Positions 48,122-59,234 of a stretch of 64,000 nt of DNA are shown here, in pieces. The stretch spans positions 14,599 to 78,598 of the forward strand of contig CAWAAI010000007.1 in the NCBI GenBank assembly GCA_963779875.1, given 5' to 3'. The notes under the pieces are model-generated. The model was not told the DNA's origin and did not search any database. It worked only from the letters and a program-made list of their open reading frames with translations. Numbering within the stretch: the first letter of the stretch is position 1; every line of letters begins with the position of its first letter. Position numbers and translations under genes: made by a program. The stretch comes from an uncultured Alphaproteobacteria bacterium. Its GTDB lineage: Bacteria; Pseudomonadota; Alphaproteobacteria; Acetobacterales; Acetobacteraceae.

Positions 48122-48894
48122 GCCGCCTTGCGCCCGCGCAGGTGCAGGAACAGCGGCGCCACCAGCGTGTCGGCCACATAGGGCTCGGCTGCGGCGGTGG
48201 CGGCGTCGGCGCGCGGCTCGCCTGCCTCCTCCAGCACGAAGCCGGTGCGCGCGAGCAGGTTGAGCCAGTGCGACAAGGTGCGGTGGAAGCGCGGCTCGCG
48301 GAATGGCGGCGTGCCCGCGCGTGCCTCGGCAGGCAGGGCGCCGAACCACCAGCTATCCACCCGGCCGTCGATGCGGTCGAAATAGCCGCCGATCTCCAGC
48401 GCCATCACCTCGCCGCCGTCGTTGCGGATATTGCGACGGTGCGGCGGCACGAAGCAGGGGTGTAGGATGGAGAACTGCAGGAAGCCGCCGGGCCTGAGCA
48501 CCCGATGCGCCTCGGCGAGCGCGCGGTCGTGGTGCGGCATGTCCATCAGCGACATGAAGGCGCTGGCGAAATCGAAGCTGGCAGGGGCGAAGGGCAGGGC
48601 GCCCGCATCGGCGCGGACGAAGGCGATGGCCGGATGCGCCGCGGCAGCGTGGCGCAGGAAGGTGGGCGAAAAATCCACCGCCGTCATGCGCGCGCCGCGA
48701 CGCACGAGATGACCGGTGTTGCCCCCTTCGCCGCACCCGATATCCAGCCCCGCGAGCCCCGCCACCGGCGGCAGCAAGGCGAGGAAGCCGGGAGTGTTCA
48801 CGAGGTCTCGGTAGCGGTCGAACCCGGCGCGGGCATGGGCGGTCCAGGTCTCGGCATTGGCTTCCCAGTGGGCGGCGGCCTCGCGCGGGTCCAT
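48118..48894 (-). CDS. class I SAM-dependent methyltransferase
   Basis: LDIGCGEGGNT motif I, FDFASAFMSLMDM and LRPGGFLQFS blocks. Its stop overlaps the GT41 gene ATG (ATGA). Confidence 0.8.
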   Translation of the reverse strand: MDPREAAAHWEANAETWTAHARAGFDRYRDLVNTPGFLALLPPVAGLAGLDIGCGEGGNTGHLVRRGARMTAVDFSPTFLRHAAAAHPAIAFVRADAGALPFAPASFDFASAFMSLMDMPHHDRALAEAHRVLRPGGFLQFSILHPCFVPPHRRNIRNDGGEVMALEIGGYFDRIDGRVDSWWFGALPAEARAGTPPFREPRFHRTLSHWLNLLARTGFVLEEAGEPRADAATAAAEPYVADTLVAPLFLHLRGRKAA

Positions 48895-48950
48895 GCTTGT
48901 CCCTCCGGCAGCGCGGCGGCAGGATCGCCCCTGCAACGGGAGGTCACGCC

Positions 48951-49655
48951 ATGCCGGGTTTTGCCGCCATCCGCAAGCGGGCCGAGGCGCGCAAGGGGGG
49001 GGCGGATGCGTTGGCCGCCTTGCTGCCACCGGTGCCCGACCCCGCCAACCTGCGCACCTTGCCCGATGACCGCGCGCTCGCCGAGATGACGAAGCGGATA
49101 TTCTGCGCGGGCTTCGTCTGGCGCGTCATCGAACAGAAATGGCCGGGTTTCGAGGCGGCGTTCCACGGGTTCGACGTGGCCCGGCTGTGCTTCGAGCCGG
49201 ACGAGTATTGGGAGGGGCTGGCGCGGGACACACGCATCGTGCGCAACGGCGCCAAGATCCTGTCTGTGCGCGGCAACGCCCGCTTCGTCGCCGACATCGC
49301 GCGCGAGCATGGCAGCTTCGGCCGGTTCCTGGCCGACTGGCCGGCCGCCGACCAGTTGGGGCTGCTGGAGGTGCTGGGCAAGCGCGGCACCCGCCTGGGC
49401 GGCATGACCGGGCAATACCTGCTGCGCTTCCTCGGCCGCAACTCCTGGATCATCAGCCGCGACATGGTGGCCTGCCTGCGCGACGCCGGGCTGGACATCG
49501 CCGAAACCCCCACCAGCAAGCGCGACCTCCGGCTGGTGCAGGAGCGGTTGAACCAATGGGCGGCCGAGACCGGGCTGCCGCTGACCCACCTGTCGCGCAT
49601 CTGCGCGATGTCGGTGGGCGAGAACTATGCCACTCTGCCGGGCGAGGAGGGCTGA
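48951..49655 (+). CDS. DNA-3-methyladenine glycosylase I (Tag)-like protein
   Basis: HhH-type core (RIFCAGFVWRVIEQKWPGFEAAFHGFD...IVRNGAKI..). The N-terminus does not show the E. coli Tag zinc-snap Cys/His context, so the function is less certain. GGGAGG SD. Confidence 0.6.
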   Translation: MPGFAAIRKRAEARKGGADALAALLPPVPDPANLRTLPDDRALAEMTKRIFCAGFVWRVIEQKWPGFEAAFHGFDVARLCFEPDEYWEGLARDTRIVRNGAKILSVRGNARFVADIAREHGSFGRFLADWPAADQLGLLEVLGKRGTRLGGMTGQYLLRFLGRNSWIISRDMVACLRDAGLDIAETPTSKRDLRLVQERLNQWAAETGLPLTHLSRICAMSVGENYATLPGEEG

Positions 49656-49701
49656 GTGCCGTCCGGTCGCGCCGACCCCAAATCCGCTTGAGGCAACCCG
49701 C

Positions 49702-50139
49702 ATGGCCCGTGTCAGCACCTATCTCAATTTCCCCCGTTCCACCGAGGAGGCGTTCGTCTTCTACCGCACCGTCTTCGGCGGCGAGTTCGAGGGTGGCATA
49801 CATCGCTTCGCCGAGGTGCCCGCCGCCCCGGGCCAACCGCCGATGGCCGAGGCCGACCGGAATTTGGTGATGCATGTATCGCTGCCGATCCTGGGCGGAC
49901 ACCGGCTGATGGGCACCGACGCGCCGGAGACGATGGGCTTCACGGTCGCGCCGGGCAACAATGTCCACATCAACCTCGAACCCGACAGCCGCGCGGAGAC
50001 GGACCGCCTGTTCGCCGCCCTGGCAGAGGGCGGCAAGGTGGAAATGGCGCTGCAGGAGATGTTCTGGGGCGCGTATTTCGGCAGCCTGACCGACCGGTTC
50101 GGCGTGAAGTGGATGTTCAACTGCGACAGCAAAAACTGA
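49702..50139 (+). CDS. VOC (glyoxalase/bleomycin-resistance) family protein, PhnB-like
   Basis: YLNFPRSTEEAFVFYRTVFGGEF...LMHVSL..LMGTD...FWGAYFGSLTDRFGVKWMFN is the typical PhnB/3-demethylubiquinone-methyltransferase-like VOC pattern. Confidence 0.8.
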   Translation: MARVSTYLNFPRSTEEAFVFYRTVFGGEFEGGIHRFAEVPAAPGQPPMAEADRNLVMHVSLPILGGHRLMGTDAPETMGFTVAPGNNVHINLEPDSRAETDRLFAALAEGGKVEMALQEMFWGAYFGSLTDRFGVKWMFNCDSKN

Positions 50140-50620
50140 CGTCCGTGTTTGCCCCGCCGGCAAGAGACTTGCGCATGTGCACGACGACGCCGGCCGCGAC
50201 CGTCTGCAGCCGTTCGACGACATAGCCGAGGCGTTGGTACAGGGCGATGTTCCTGGCGAAGCGCCGGTTGGTGTAGAGGCGGATCGTGCCGTGGCCCAGC
50301 GACGTGGCGACCGCCTCGGCATGGCTCATCAGCCGGCGGCCGAGACCGCGGCCCTGGAATTCCGGCAGCACGGCGACGTTTTCCACCAGCAGATGATCGG
50401 GCTGTGGGACAATTTCGATGAGTGCCACCACCTCGTCTTCCAGGCGCAGCAGGTCGATGCGGTGGTGGCGCAGGGCTGCGTCGTAATCCGCGGTCATCGG
50501 CCAGGGTTCGCGGCCGATCAGCGGCACCCATTCGGCATAGGCGGCGCGCGAGATGGCGCGCACCAGCGGCGCGTCGGCTGCGGTGGCCCGCGTGATGGCG
50601 GGAATGGGGCTGTCTGGCAT
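50117..50620 (-). CDS. GNAT family N-acetyltransferase
   Basis: VENVAVLPEFQGRGLGRRLM acetyl-CoA binding motif. ATG 50620 has a GGAGA SD. The 3' end overlaps the convergent VOC gene by about 23 nt. Confidence 0.8.
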   Translation of the reverse strand: MPDSPIPAITRATAADAPLVRAISRAAYAEWVPLIGREPWPMTADYDAALRHHRIDLLRLEDEVVALIEIVPQPDHLLVENVAVLPEFQGRGLGRRLMSHAEAVATSLGHGTIRLYTNRRFARNIALYQRLGYVVERLQTVAAGVVVHMRKSLAGGANTDVSFCCRS

Positions 50621-51132
50621 GCAGGCGTCTCCGTTCGGGCAACAAAAACCCCGCCGACCGGGAGGTGGGCAGGGTGCTGTGGGCATGGTGGCGGCGAAGG
50701 AGCATCAGCCCCCGGATCGTCGCGCGTGCCAGGCGGAAGCGCCCTGCGGCTGGCGGCAGGGACGGCGTCGGGTTGCCGAAAGGAGCGAAGGTCCGGTCAC
50801 GCAGGGACTGCGCCACGCCGGTCCGCGGGTGTCAAGCGAACGCATAGTCAGGCCACAACTGAACGTGACGCAGGGCTATGCGGCGGTCAGGCCGCTTCGT
50901 GCAGCGCGATCGCTCCGGTCAGCGCGGCCACAAGATCGTGGCCCACAGGTGCCGGATGCTGGAAATACGATCCTGCGCGGCGTCTTCGCTGGCACAGGTC
51001 GTGCCCCATGCGTCGAAGTGGCGCTGTGCCGACCCCATCTCGAACAGCCTTGTCGCGGCTTCGTGGCGCGGGTCCGATGTCACCCGTTCGAAACACGCCT
51101 CCACCACGCCGCGGCAGGAAATGCGTCGCCGG

Positions 51133-52803
51133 TCAGAACAGCCCTTCGATCCCGCCCAGATCGTTCAGGGTGATGGTGTTCGCCGCCGGCACGCGCGGCA
51201 GACCGGGCATGGTCATGATCTCGCCGCATACGGCCACCACGAAGCCGGCGCCGGCCGAGAGGCGCACGTCGCGCACCGGCAGGGTGTGGCCGGTGGGGGC
51301 GCCGAGCAGGGTCGGATCGGCGCTGAAGCTGTATTGCGTCTTGGCGATGCAGACCGGCACGTGGCCGAAGCCCGCCTTCTCGTAGCTTTCCAGCTTGCGC
51401 GCCACGCCGGGGGCCAGGGCCACGTCGGCCGCGCGGTAGATTTCCTGCGCGATGGCGGCGATCTTGTCGCCCAGGCGCAGGCTGCCGGCATAGAGCGGGC
51501 GGTAGGCGGCAGACTTCGCTTCGATCAGCGCCCTCACCGCGCGGGCGAGGCTTTCGGCGCCCTTCGCGCCGTCGCCCCAATGGGTGCAAAGATGCGTCTC
51601 GGTGCCCAGCGCGGCCATTGCCTCGCGCACCGCGGCCACCTCGGCGTCGGTATCGGAGGTGAAGCGGTTCAGCGCCACCACCACCGGCAGCCCGTATTTC
51701 TGCATGTTTTCCACATGCCGGGCGAGGTTCACCACCCCGCGCGCCACGGCCGCCACGTCCTCGGCGCCGAGATCGCGGCGCGCCACGCCGCCATGCATCT
51801 TCAGTGCCCGCACGGTGGCCACCACCACCGCGCATGACGGCGCCAGCCCTGCCTGGCGGCACTTGATGTCGAGGAACTTCTCGCCGCCCAGATCGGCGCC
51901 AAAACCGGCCTCGGTCACCACCACATCAGACAGCTTCAACGCCAGCTTCGTGGCAATCACCGAGTTGCAGCCATGGGCGATATTGGCGAACGGCCCGCCA
52001 TGGATAAGCGCCGGCGTGCCTTCGATGGTCTGCACCAGGTTCGGCATCAGCGCGTCGCGCAGCAGCACCGCCATGGCGCCGTCGGCCTTCAGGTCGGCGG
52101 CGGTGACGAAGCTGCCGTCGCGCCGTGCGGCCACCACCATGCGGCCGAGGCGGGCGCGCAGGTCGTCGAGGTCGCGCGCCAGGCACAGCACGGCCATGAC
52201 CTCGGAGGCGACCGTGATGTCGAACCCGTCCTCGCGCGGGAAGCCGTTGGCCACGCCGCCAAGCGAGCCGACGATGGACCGCAGGGCGCGGTCGTTCATG
52301 TCCAGCGCGCGGCGCCAGAACACCCGGCGCGGATCGATGCCCAGCTCGTTGCCCCAGTAGATATGGTTGTCGAGCATCGCGGCCAACAGGTTGTTGGCCG
52401 AGGTGATGGCGTGGAAGTCGCCGGTGAAATGGAGGTTGATGTCCTCCATCGGCAGCACCTGCGAATAGCCGCCGCCGGTGGCCCCGCCCTTGACGCCGAA
52501 GCAGGGGCCCAGGCTGGGCTCGCGCAGGGCAATCATCGCTCTGGTGCCGATCAGGTTCAGCGCGTCGCCCAGGCCCACGGTGGTGGTGGTCTTGCCCTCG
52601 CCGGCGGGCGTGGGGGAGATACCGGTGACCAGCACCAGCGCGCCATCGGGCCGGTCGGCCACCGAGCGGATAAAATCCCACTCCACCTTGGCCTTGGTCT
52701 TGCCGTAGGGCACCAGGGCGTCGGGCGGTATGCCGGCTCGGCCGGCGATCTCGGTGATGGGGCGCAGCGTCGCCTTGCGGGCGATCTCGAGGTCGGTGCT
52801 CAT
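51133..52803 (-). CDS. fhs: formate--tetrahydrofolate ligase
   Basis: Full-length FTHFS: [17 protein letters not shown]-loop, [31 protein letters not shown]. Confidence 0.95.
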   Translation of the reverse strand: MSTDLEIARKATLRPITEIAGRAGIPPDALVPYGKTKAKVEWDFIRSVADRPDGALVLVTGISPTPAGEGKTTTTVGLGDALNLIGTRAMIALREPSLGPCFGVKGGATGGGYSQVLPMEDINLHFTGDFHAITSANNLLAAMLDNHIYWGNELGIDPRRVFWRRALDMNDRALRSIVGSLGGVANGFPREDGFDITVASEVMAVLCLARDLDDLRARLGRMVVAARRDGSFVTAADLKADGAMAVLLRDALMPNLVQTIEGTPALIHGGPFANIAHGCNSVIATKLALKLSDVVVTEAGFGADLGGEKFLDIKCRQAGLAPSCAVVVATVRALKMHGGVARRDLGAEDVAAVARGVVNLARHVENMQKYGLPVVVALNRFTSDTDAEVAAVREAMAALGTETHLCTHWGDGAKGAESLARAVRALIEAKSAAYRPLYAGSLRLGDKIAAIAQEIYRAADVALAPGVARKLESYEKAGFGHVPVCIAKTQYSFSADPTLLGAPTGHTLPVRDVRLSAGAGFVVAVCGEIMTMPGLPRVPAANTITLNDLGGIEGLF

Positions 52804-52858
52804 GACGCCAAACTAGGCGAAGCCACGGCCGTTGCCAAAGCACGCAATGGCATGGGCT

Positions 52859-53998
52859 TCAGGCCGCCGCCGGGTGCCGCGTGCGGTTGCGCACCTGCAT
52901 CTCGCCCAGCACCGCGTCGATCGCGGCGACGAAATCGCGCATGTCGTCGGGCGTGATGGCGCCGATGCAGCCGACGCGGAAGCTGGGCGTGGGCGTATTG
53001 AAGAAATTGCTGATCAGGAAGCCGCGCCGCTTCAGTCCGTCCACGAAGGTTTGCAGGTTCCAGGCCGGGTCGGCCGGGGCATGCACGTTCATCACCACCG
53101 GTCCCTGGAGATCGCGGGCGACATACGGGTGCAGTCCCAACGCCACGACCCCGTCGTACAGCGCCGCCACGTTGGCCCGGTAGCGGGCGAGGCGAGCGGG
53201 CTGGCCGCCCTCTTCTTCATAGATGTCCAGCGCCTTCTGGAAGGCGGCGAGCACCTGCACCGGCGGCGTGAAGCGGAAGCTGCCGGGCGAGCGCAGCGCC
53301 TGGGCGTGGATGCTCTCCAGGTCGAACGACCAGCTTCCGGCGAAGCCCTTGTTCTCGGCCAGCCGGTCGAGCCGCGCCACCGCGAAGCCCAGGCCGGGCA
53401 GGCCCTCGAAGCACTTGTTCGAGGTGAACACGACGCAGTCGATCTCCGGCTGGGCGGACAGGTCCAGCGGCAGCGCGCCGAAGGCGGAGACCGCATCCAG
53501 GATGATCCGCCGGCCGGCCGCGCGCACCACGGCGCCGATCGCCGCGGGATCGTGGATCACGCCGGTGCCGGTCTCGGAATACACCAGCCCAACATGGGTG
53601 ATGGCGGGGTCGGCGGCCAGTGCCGCGGCCACGGCGGCCGGGTCCACCGGCACCTGGTCCGGCAGGGCCAGTTCCACCACGTCGCGCCCGGCCTCGCGCG
53701 CCAGGCGGGCCATGCGGTCGGCATAGGCGCCGATCATGGGAATGAGGATGCGCCCCGCGTTCGGCGCGCCGACCGGACGGATGCAACTGCGCAGCGCCGC
53801 CTCGGTGACGAAGTGGCCGCAACCCTGCAGCGCCAGCGCGGCGTGGGTCTCCGCCGCGCCACCGGCGATGCTGCGCAGCCGCGCCAGCACATCGGCCAGC
53901 ACCGGGCGGAAATCGTTGTCCCAGGGTGCGATGTCCTGCGCCATGAGGGCGCGCACCTCGGGGCGAGTGGTGACGGGGCCGGGGATCAGCAGCTTCAT
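52859..53998 (-). CDS. class V aminotransferase (PhnW / alanine-glyoxylate aminotransferase-like)
   Basis: MKLLIPGPVTT..DIAPWDNDF N-terminus resembles 2-aminoethylphosphonate-pyruvate transaminase. The SNKCFEG context is that of the PLP-binding lysine. ATG 53998; the longer track ORF is rejected. Confidence 0.7.
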   Translation of the reverse strand: MKLLIPGPVTTRPEVRALMAQDIAPWDNDFRPVLADVLARLRSIAGGAAETHAALALQGCGHFVTEAALRSCIRPVGAPNAGRILIPMIGAYADRMARLAREAGRDVVELALPDQVPVDPAAVAAALAADPAITHVGLVYSETGTGVIHDPAAIGAVVRAAGRRIILDAVSAFGALPLDLSAQPEIDCVVFTSNKCFEGLPGLGFAVARLDRLAENKGFAGSWSFDLESIHAQALRSPGSFRFTPPVQVLAAFQKALDIYEEEGGQPARLARYRANVAALYDGVVALGLHPYVARDLQGPVVMNVHAPADPAWNLQTFVDGLKRRGFLISNFFNTPTPSFRVGCIGAITPDDMRDFVAAIDAVLGEMQVRNRTRHPAAA

Positions 53999-54066
53999 GG
54001 GGGTACCTCGCAACGGAGCCTGATCGCACGGGATTGCGGCAAAATCCAGGGGTGGCATGATGCGGC

Positions 54067-54648
54067 ATGGACCTTCAGAGCCTGGCGCTTCCGGACTGGC
54101 TGCCGTGGTGGGTGGTGGTGGCGGCACTCGTGCCAATCGCCCTCTACCTCGCATTGTTCCTGCTGATGCCGTTCCAGACCTTCGGTCTGCGCGCGCGGCT
54201 GTCGTCGCTCGAGGCGCGGCTCGAAGAGCTTCACGAGGAAATCCGCGCGCTGACCTTGCGCCTGCCGGAACGCGGCATGGACCCGTACGACCCCGGCGCG
54301 CGCGCCCAGCCGCCCATCCCCCCGGCGGCGCGCGAGGCGGCGCCCCGGGGCGGCTTCGGCGATCCAGTGGCCGATCGTATGCTGGCGTATATGCGCGACA
54401 AGGCGCAGAGCGACCTGAACCGCCAGCCTCAGGGCCCGCGACCGCGCGCCGAGCCCCGGCTCGGGGCCCGCCCGCTGCCCCCGCGTGCGCCGGAGGCCGA
54501 CCTGCCGCCGCCGCCGGGCCCGCCGGAGGACGATTATCCGCCCGAGCCGCCTTCGCCGCCGCTGCGTCCGCCGCGCGTGCCCGGGCGTTACGGGCGCCGC
54601 CCCACCGACGACGACCGCGGCGAACCACGCATCGACTGGCCTCGCTAG
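54067..54648 (+). CDS. hypothetical membrane protein with coiled-coil and proline-rich tail
   Basis: One TM segment (WWVVVAALVPIALYLALFLL), a short coiled coil (LSSLEARLEELHEEIRAL), then a P-rich region. No family recognised. Confidence 0.5.
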   Translation: MDLQSLALPDWLPWWVVVAALVPIALYLALFLLMPFQTFGLRARLSSLEARLEELHEEIRALTLRLPERGMDPYDPGARAQPPIPPAAREAAPRGGFGDPVADRMLAYMRDKAQSDLNRQPQGPRPRAEPRLGARPLPPRAPEADLPPPPGPPEDDYPPEPPSPPLRPPRVPGRYGRRPTDDDRGEPRIDWPR

Positions 54649-54852
54649 CCGCGCTTCGCTAGGGTGGCCCCGCAAGGGAAGGCCGGGGCTGTGCGCCGGC
54701 CTGCAGGAGGCAGCGATGCACGAATGCGTCAACCCGCACCGGCCGGGGGGTGCTCGGCAAGGGCTCAGCGCCGTTCGCCGCCGCGGGCCGCGCGCTTGAG
54801 CCTGGCGCCGCTGACCGGCGTCGCCGCGGCGGACCCCCCGCCGCCGCGCGAG

Positions 54853-55620
54853 GTGCGCCCCGGCCACATCGCCTTCCTCGCCTCCGACACCGCAATCGCC
54901 CGCGACAGCCTGGCGCGGCTCGTCGGGCGCTACGGCGACTGCGTGCCCGAGCAGGCCGACGTGGTGGTCAGCCTGGGCGGCGACGGCTTCATGCTGGAGA
55001 CCTTGCACCGTTTTCTCGGCAGCACGGTTCCAGTGTACGGCATGAATTGCGGCTCGGTCGGCTTCCTGATGAACCGCTTCGACGAGGCCGACCTGCCCGG
55101 CCGCCTCGCCCGCGCCCAGATCGCCGAACTCCACCCGCTGCGCATGCGCGCCACCACGGCGGGCGGCGAGACGGTGGAGGCGCTGGCGCTGAACGAGGTG
55201 GCGCTGCTGCGCGAACTGCGGCAGGCGGCCAAGATCCGCATCACCGTGGACGGGCGGGTGCGGCTGGCGGAACTGGCGTGCGACGGGGTGCTCGTGAGCA
55301 CGCCGGCCGGGTCCACCGCCTACAACCTGTCGGCGCATGGGCCGATCGTGCCGCTATCGGCCAACTTGCTGCCGCTGACGCCGATCAGCTCGTTCCGCCC
55401 GCGGCGCTGGCGCGGCGCGCTGCTGCCCAGCACCGCCGAGGTGCTGTTCGAGGTGCTGGAGAGCGACAAGCGCCCGGTGGCGGCGGTGGCCGACTTCACC
55501 GAAGTGCGCGACGTGCTGACGGTGCATGTGCGCGAGGACCGCGACCTCGTCGCGCGCGTGCTGTTCGACCCCGACCAGGGCCTGTCGGAGCGCATCATCG
55601 CCGAGCAGTTCACGGTTTAG
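54853..55620 (+). CDS. nadK: NAD kinase
   Basis: [43 protein letters not shown]. The start is uncertain: GTG 54853 gives ~255 aa, with TTG 54796 as the alternative. Confidence 0.85.
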   Translation: MRPGHIAFLASDTAIARDSLARLVGRYGDCVPEQADVVVSLGGDGFMLETLHRFLGSTVPVYGMNCGSVGFLMNRFDEADLPGRLARAQIAELHPLRMRATTAGGETVEALALNEVALLRELRQAAKIRITVDGRVRLAELACDGVLVSTPAGSTAYNLSAHGPIVPLSANLLPLTPISSFRPRRWRGALLPSTAEVLFEVLESDKRPVAAVADFTEVRDVLTVHVREDRDLVARVLFDPDQGLSERIIAEQFTV

Positions 55621-55658
55621 CGGTCCGCGCCGCCGCCCCGGCATTTTGTGCCGGGCCG

Positions 55659-55673
55659 TTAACGCCCCGCTAA
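55659..55673 (+). promoter_or_regulatory. candidate CtrA-type box (TTAA-N7-CTAA) upstream of fliF
   Basis: TTAACGCCCCGCTAA lies about 100 nt upstream of the fliF ATG. It matches the TTAA-N7-TTAA spacing with one mismatch. In Caulobacter the fliF operon is CtrA-dependent. Confidence 0.3.
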
Positions 55674-55775
55674 GCCATCCCGCGCCACCTTGCGTCGCCG
55701 GCAGGATGCCGGTCGTGCAGGAGTTTGGTTGCGCATGTCGCGGTCCTTTCACCTCACCCCAGGCGTGGCGCGGCC

Positions 55776-57464
55776 ATGAATGCGCTGCTGGAGGGGTTTC
55801 GTGCGCTTGGTGCCGCCCGCCTGATTGCGATGGGGGTGGTGGCCGTGGGCCTTCTTGGCCTGCTCGGCATGCTGGCGCTGCGTGGCGGCAGCGACCGGAT
55901 GGCGCTGCTGTATGCGGAGCTCGATGCCCGCGAGGCCGGCCAGATCGTCGAACTGCTGGATCGCCAGAAGGTGCCCTACCAGCTTGGCGCCGGAGGCACC
56001 CAGATACTTGTGCCGGCCGATCAGGTGGCGCGGCTGCGCGTGACCATGGCGCGCGAGGGCCTGCCGTCGGGCGGTTCGCTCGGCTACGAGCTGCTGGACC
56101 GCGGCGACGGCATCACCGCCAGCCAGTTTCAACAGAAGATGACCGAGACCCGGGCGCTGGAGGGCGAACTGGCGCGCAGCATTCGTACCATCAACGGTGT
56201 GAAGGCGGCGCGCGTGCACCTGGTGCTGCCGCGGCGCGAGCCCTTCGCTCGCGAGAAGCAGGAGGCGCAGGCCTCCATCATGCTCACCACGGCGGGTGCC
56301 GCGCGGCTGGACCGCGAGGCGATCCAGGCGATTGTGAACCTCGTGGCCGGCGCCGTCCCCGGGCTGCGCGCGCGCAGCATCTCGGTCGTGGACAGCCGCG
56401 GCACCCTGCTGGCGCGCGGCGGCGAGGCGATGGGCCCGGCGGCGGTGGCGATGGGCGCCGAGGAGATCCGGCGCACCACCGAGATGCGCCTGTCGCGCGC
56501 GGTTGAGGAAATGCTGGAACGCATCCTGGGGCCAGGACGCGTGCGCGCCGAAGCCTCGGTACAGATGGATTTCGACCGGGTGCAGGAGACCCAGGAGAAA
56601 TACGATCCCGACGGCCAGGTTGTACGCAGTTCGCAAACCGTAAGCGACAACAACAAGACCACCGAGGCCGCGCCCACGGTCTCGGTTCAGAACAATCTGC
56701 CGAATGCCGATGCCGGCCGCGAAGCCTCCGGCAGCCAGGAGGCGCGCCAGGAGGAAACCACCAACTACGAGATCGGCAAAACCGTGCGCACCATCGTCCG
56801 CGAGCAGCCCCAGATCCGCCGGCTGAGTGTCGCGGTCCTGGTCGATGGCGTCGAGGAGAAGGCGGCGGACGGCACGGCCACCTGGCGTCCGCGTGCGCCG
56901 GAGGACCTGGAGCGCATCGCAAGGCTGGTACGCAGCGCCGTCGGCTTCGACGAGAAGCGCGGCGACCAGGTGGAAGTGGTGACCATGCGCTTCACCGGCG
57001 ACATCGACGCGGGCACGGCGGTGGCTGGCGGCTTTCTCGGCCTGGGCTTCGACAACGCCGACATCGCCCGCCTGGCCCAGACCATGGTGGTGGGGCTGAT
57101 CGCGGTGCTCGCCTTATTGCTGGTGTTCCGCCCCATGGTGCTGCGCGTGACCGCGCTGGGCAGCCGGGCGCTGCCCGCCGGCGCCGCCGCAGCCCTGCCG
57201 GGTGGCGGTGCCATGGCCGTGGGCGCCGACGGTGCGGTCACCGCCGCCTCGCTCGGCATGGCGGCCGATGTTACCCGCCTGCTGGAAGGACCGCCGGGCG
57301 AAGGCGGAGCCTACTCCGGCGATGACGAGGACCTGGTGAACATGACCAATGTCGACGGCCAGCTGCGTGTCTCCTCGCTGCGCCGCCTCGCCGAGATGGT
57401 CGAGAAGCATCCCGAGGAAAGCCTCACTATCGTGCGTGCATGGATGCAGGAAGGCAACGGCTGA
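55776..57464 (+). CDS. fliF: flagellar M-ring protein FliF
   Basis: N-terminal TM, YscJ/FliF fold blocks ([18 protein letters not shown].., [21 protein letters not shown]), a second TM near the C-terminus, and a C-terminal FliG-binding tail. Confidence 0.9.
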   Translation: MNALLEGFRALGAARLIAMGVVAVGLLGLLGMLALRGGSDRMALLYAELDAREAGQIVELLDRQKVPYQLGAGGTQILVPADQVARLRVTMAREGLPSGGSLGYELLDRGDGITASQFQQKMTETRALEGELARSIRTINGVKAARVHLVLPRREPFAREKQEAQASIMLTTAGAARLDREAIQAIVNLVAGAVPGLRARSISVVDSRGTLLARGGEAMGPAAVAMGAEEIRRTTEMRLSRAVEEMLERILGPGRVRAEASVQMDFDRVQETQEKYDPDGQVVRSSQTVSDNNKTTEAAPTVSVQNNLPNADAGREASGSQEARQEETTNYEIGKTVRTIVREQPQIRRLSVAVLVDGVEEKAADGTATWRPRAPEDLERIARLVRSAVGFDEKRGDQVEVVTMRFTGDIDAGTAVAGGFLGLGFDNADIARLAQTMVVGLIAVLALLLVFRPMVLRVTALGSRALPAGAAAALPGGGAMAVGADGAVTAASLGMAADVTRLLEGPPGEGGAYSGDDEDLVNMTNVDGQLRVSSLRRLAEMVEKHPEESLTIVRAWMQEGNG

Positions 57465-58477
57465 TGGCGCGGGGCGAGGATGCGCGGGCGCTGAATGGGG
57501 CGCAGAAGGCCGCGGTGCTGATGCTGGCGCTGGGCGAGGAACAATGTGCCCGGCTGTTCAGCATGATGCACGAGGACGAGATCAAGGAGATCTCCTCGGC
57601 CATGGCCCAGCTTGGCGCCGTGCGCTCGGACGTGATCGAGCGGCTGTGTGCCGAGTTCGCCGAGCAGATCGGCGGTGCCGGCAGCCTGGTCGGCAGCTTC
57701 GAGAACACCGAGCGCCTGTTGCTCAAGACCATGCCGCGCGAGCGGGTGACACAGATCATGGAAGAGATACGCGGTCCCGCCGGCCGCACCATGTGGGACA
57801 AGCTGGGCAACGTGCACGAGGCGGTGCTAGCCAACTACCTGAAGAACGAATACCCGCAGACCGTGGCCGTTGTGCTGTCCAAGGTGCGCGCCGACCATGC
57901 CGCCCGCGTGCTGGCGCTGCTGCCCGACAGTTTCGCCATGGAAGTGGTGATGCGCATGCTGCGCATGGAAAGCGTGCAGAAGGACGTGCTGGACGGCGTG
58001 GAGCGCACGCTGCGCGCCGAGTTCATGTCCAATCTGGCCCGCAGCACGCGCCGTGACGCGCACGAGATGATGGCCGAGATCTTCAACAATCTCGACCGTC
58101 AGGCCGAGGCGCGATTCATCGCGGCACTCGAGGAGCGCAATCGCGAGGCGGCGGAGCGGATCAAGTCGCTCATGTTCACTTTCGATGACTTGCAGCGCCT
58201 CACCCCCATGGCGGTGCAGACCCTGCTGCGCGGCATCGAGAAGGAGAAGCTACCGCTGGCGCTGAAGGGAGCGTCGGAGAAGCTGCGCGATCTGTTCTTC
58301 AGCAACGTCTCCGAGCGCGCCGGCAAGATGCTGCGCGAGGAGATCGAGGCGCTCGGCCCGGTCAAGCTGCGCGACGTGGACGAGGCGCAGGCCAGCATCG
58401 TCGCCCAGGCCAAGGAGATGGCAGCGCAAGGCCAGATCGAGATCGGCGAAGGCAAGGACGAGGAGCTGGTGTACTAG
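57464..58477 (+). CDS. fliG: flagellar motor switch protein FliG
   Basis: [35 protein letters not shown].., [12 protein letters not shown]....F.NVSERA. The ATG overlaps the fliF TGA. Confidence 0.9.
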   Translation: MARGEDARALNGAQKAAVLMLALGEEQCARLFSMMHEDEIKEISSAMAQLGAVRSDVIERLCAEFAEQIGGAGSLVGSFENTERLLLKTMPRERVTQIMEEIRGPAGRTMWDKLGNVHEAVLANYLKNEYPQTVAVVLSKVRADHAARVLALLPDSFAMEVVMRMLRMESVQKDVLDGVERTLRAEFMSNLARSTRRDAHEMMAEIFNNLDRQAEARFIAALEERNREAAERIKSLMFTFDDLQRLTPMAVQTLLRGIEKEKLPLALKGASEKLRDLFFSNVSERAGKMLREEIEALGPVKLRDVDEAQASIVAQAKEMAAQGQIEIGEGKDEELVY

Positions 58478-58480
58478 CCC

Positions 58481-59176
58481 ATGACCGACAACGCCCCCCC
58501 TGCCGATTTCAGCCTCTTCGTCCCCGACTTCGACGCGCCCGCCGGCGTCATCATGCTCGACGAGATGCCCGAGCCCGACCCTGGTAGCGCACCCGAAGCG
58601 GCGCAGTCGGCGGTGACCGCCGAGATGCTCGCCGCCGCCTGTGCGCAGGCCCACGAGGAAGGCCGCAACGCTGGACTTGCCCAGGCCGCCGATGCCCGCG
58701 AGGCGCAGCGCCAGGCCATGCTCTCGGCACTGGCCGGCCACATCGCCGCGGCGGACACGCAACTGCGCGACGTTGTCGAGGAGTCCGGCGCCCAGCTCGC
58801 CCAACTGGTGTTTGCTGTGCTCCAGGCTGCGTTTCCCGCCCTGAGCGCGCGCCATGGCGGTGCTGAAATCGCCCGCCTCACTGGTGAAATGGTCCGCCTG
58901 CTGGCCGCTGAGCCGCGCATCGTGATCCGCGTGCATCCCACCATGGCCGGCGAGGTGGCGCAGGTCCTGGACAGGCTGGAGAACGAGCGCCGCGCCGCCG
59001 TGGTGGTCGAGACACGCGACGACATGCCGCCCGGCGATGCGCGGGTCGGCTGGCGCCACGGCGTCGCCGTCCGCGACAGCCATGCGCTGTGGAGCCAGGT
59101 GGCCGGCATCCTCGCGCCGCTGGGCCTCACGCCCCCACCGGTTCCGGCTGAACTTGCCGCCGCCGCGATAGCCTGA
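58481..59176 (+). CDS. fliH: flagellar assembly protein FliH (FlbE-like)
   Basis: Position between fliG and fliN, an Ala/Glu-rich central helix and a FliH-like C-terminal region. The sequence signature alone is weak. Confidence 0.6.
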   Translation: MTDNAPPADFSLFVPDFDAPAGVIMLDEMPEPDPGSAPEAAQSAVTAEMLAAACAQAHEEGRNAGLAQAADAREAQRQAMLSALAGHIAAADTQLRDVVEESGAQLAQLVFAVLQAAFPALSARHGGAEIARLTGEMVRLLAAEPRIVIRVHPTMAGEVAQVLDRLENERRAAVVVETRDDMPPGDARVGWRHGVAVRDSHALWSQVAGILAPLGLTPPPVPAELAAAAIA

Positions 59177-59234
59177 CGCTGCCGCAAGTGCCTGACGCCA
59201 ACACCAGCGACCGCAACAACCAAGGGAGGGCGCG

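Noticed and set aside
52804-52858. A possible ZTP/folate-type riboswitch upstream of fhs.
   Set aside because: Only 55 nt separate fhs from the upstream aminotransferase gene. I could not find the conserved ZTP pseudoknot elements (GGGTCGTGAC.../CCGCCTGGGC) on the coding strand.
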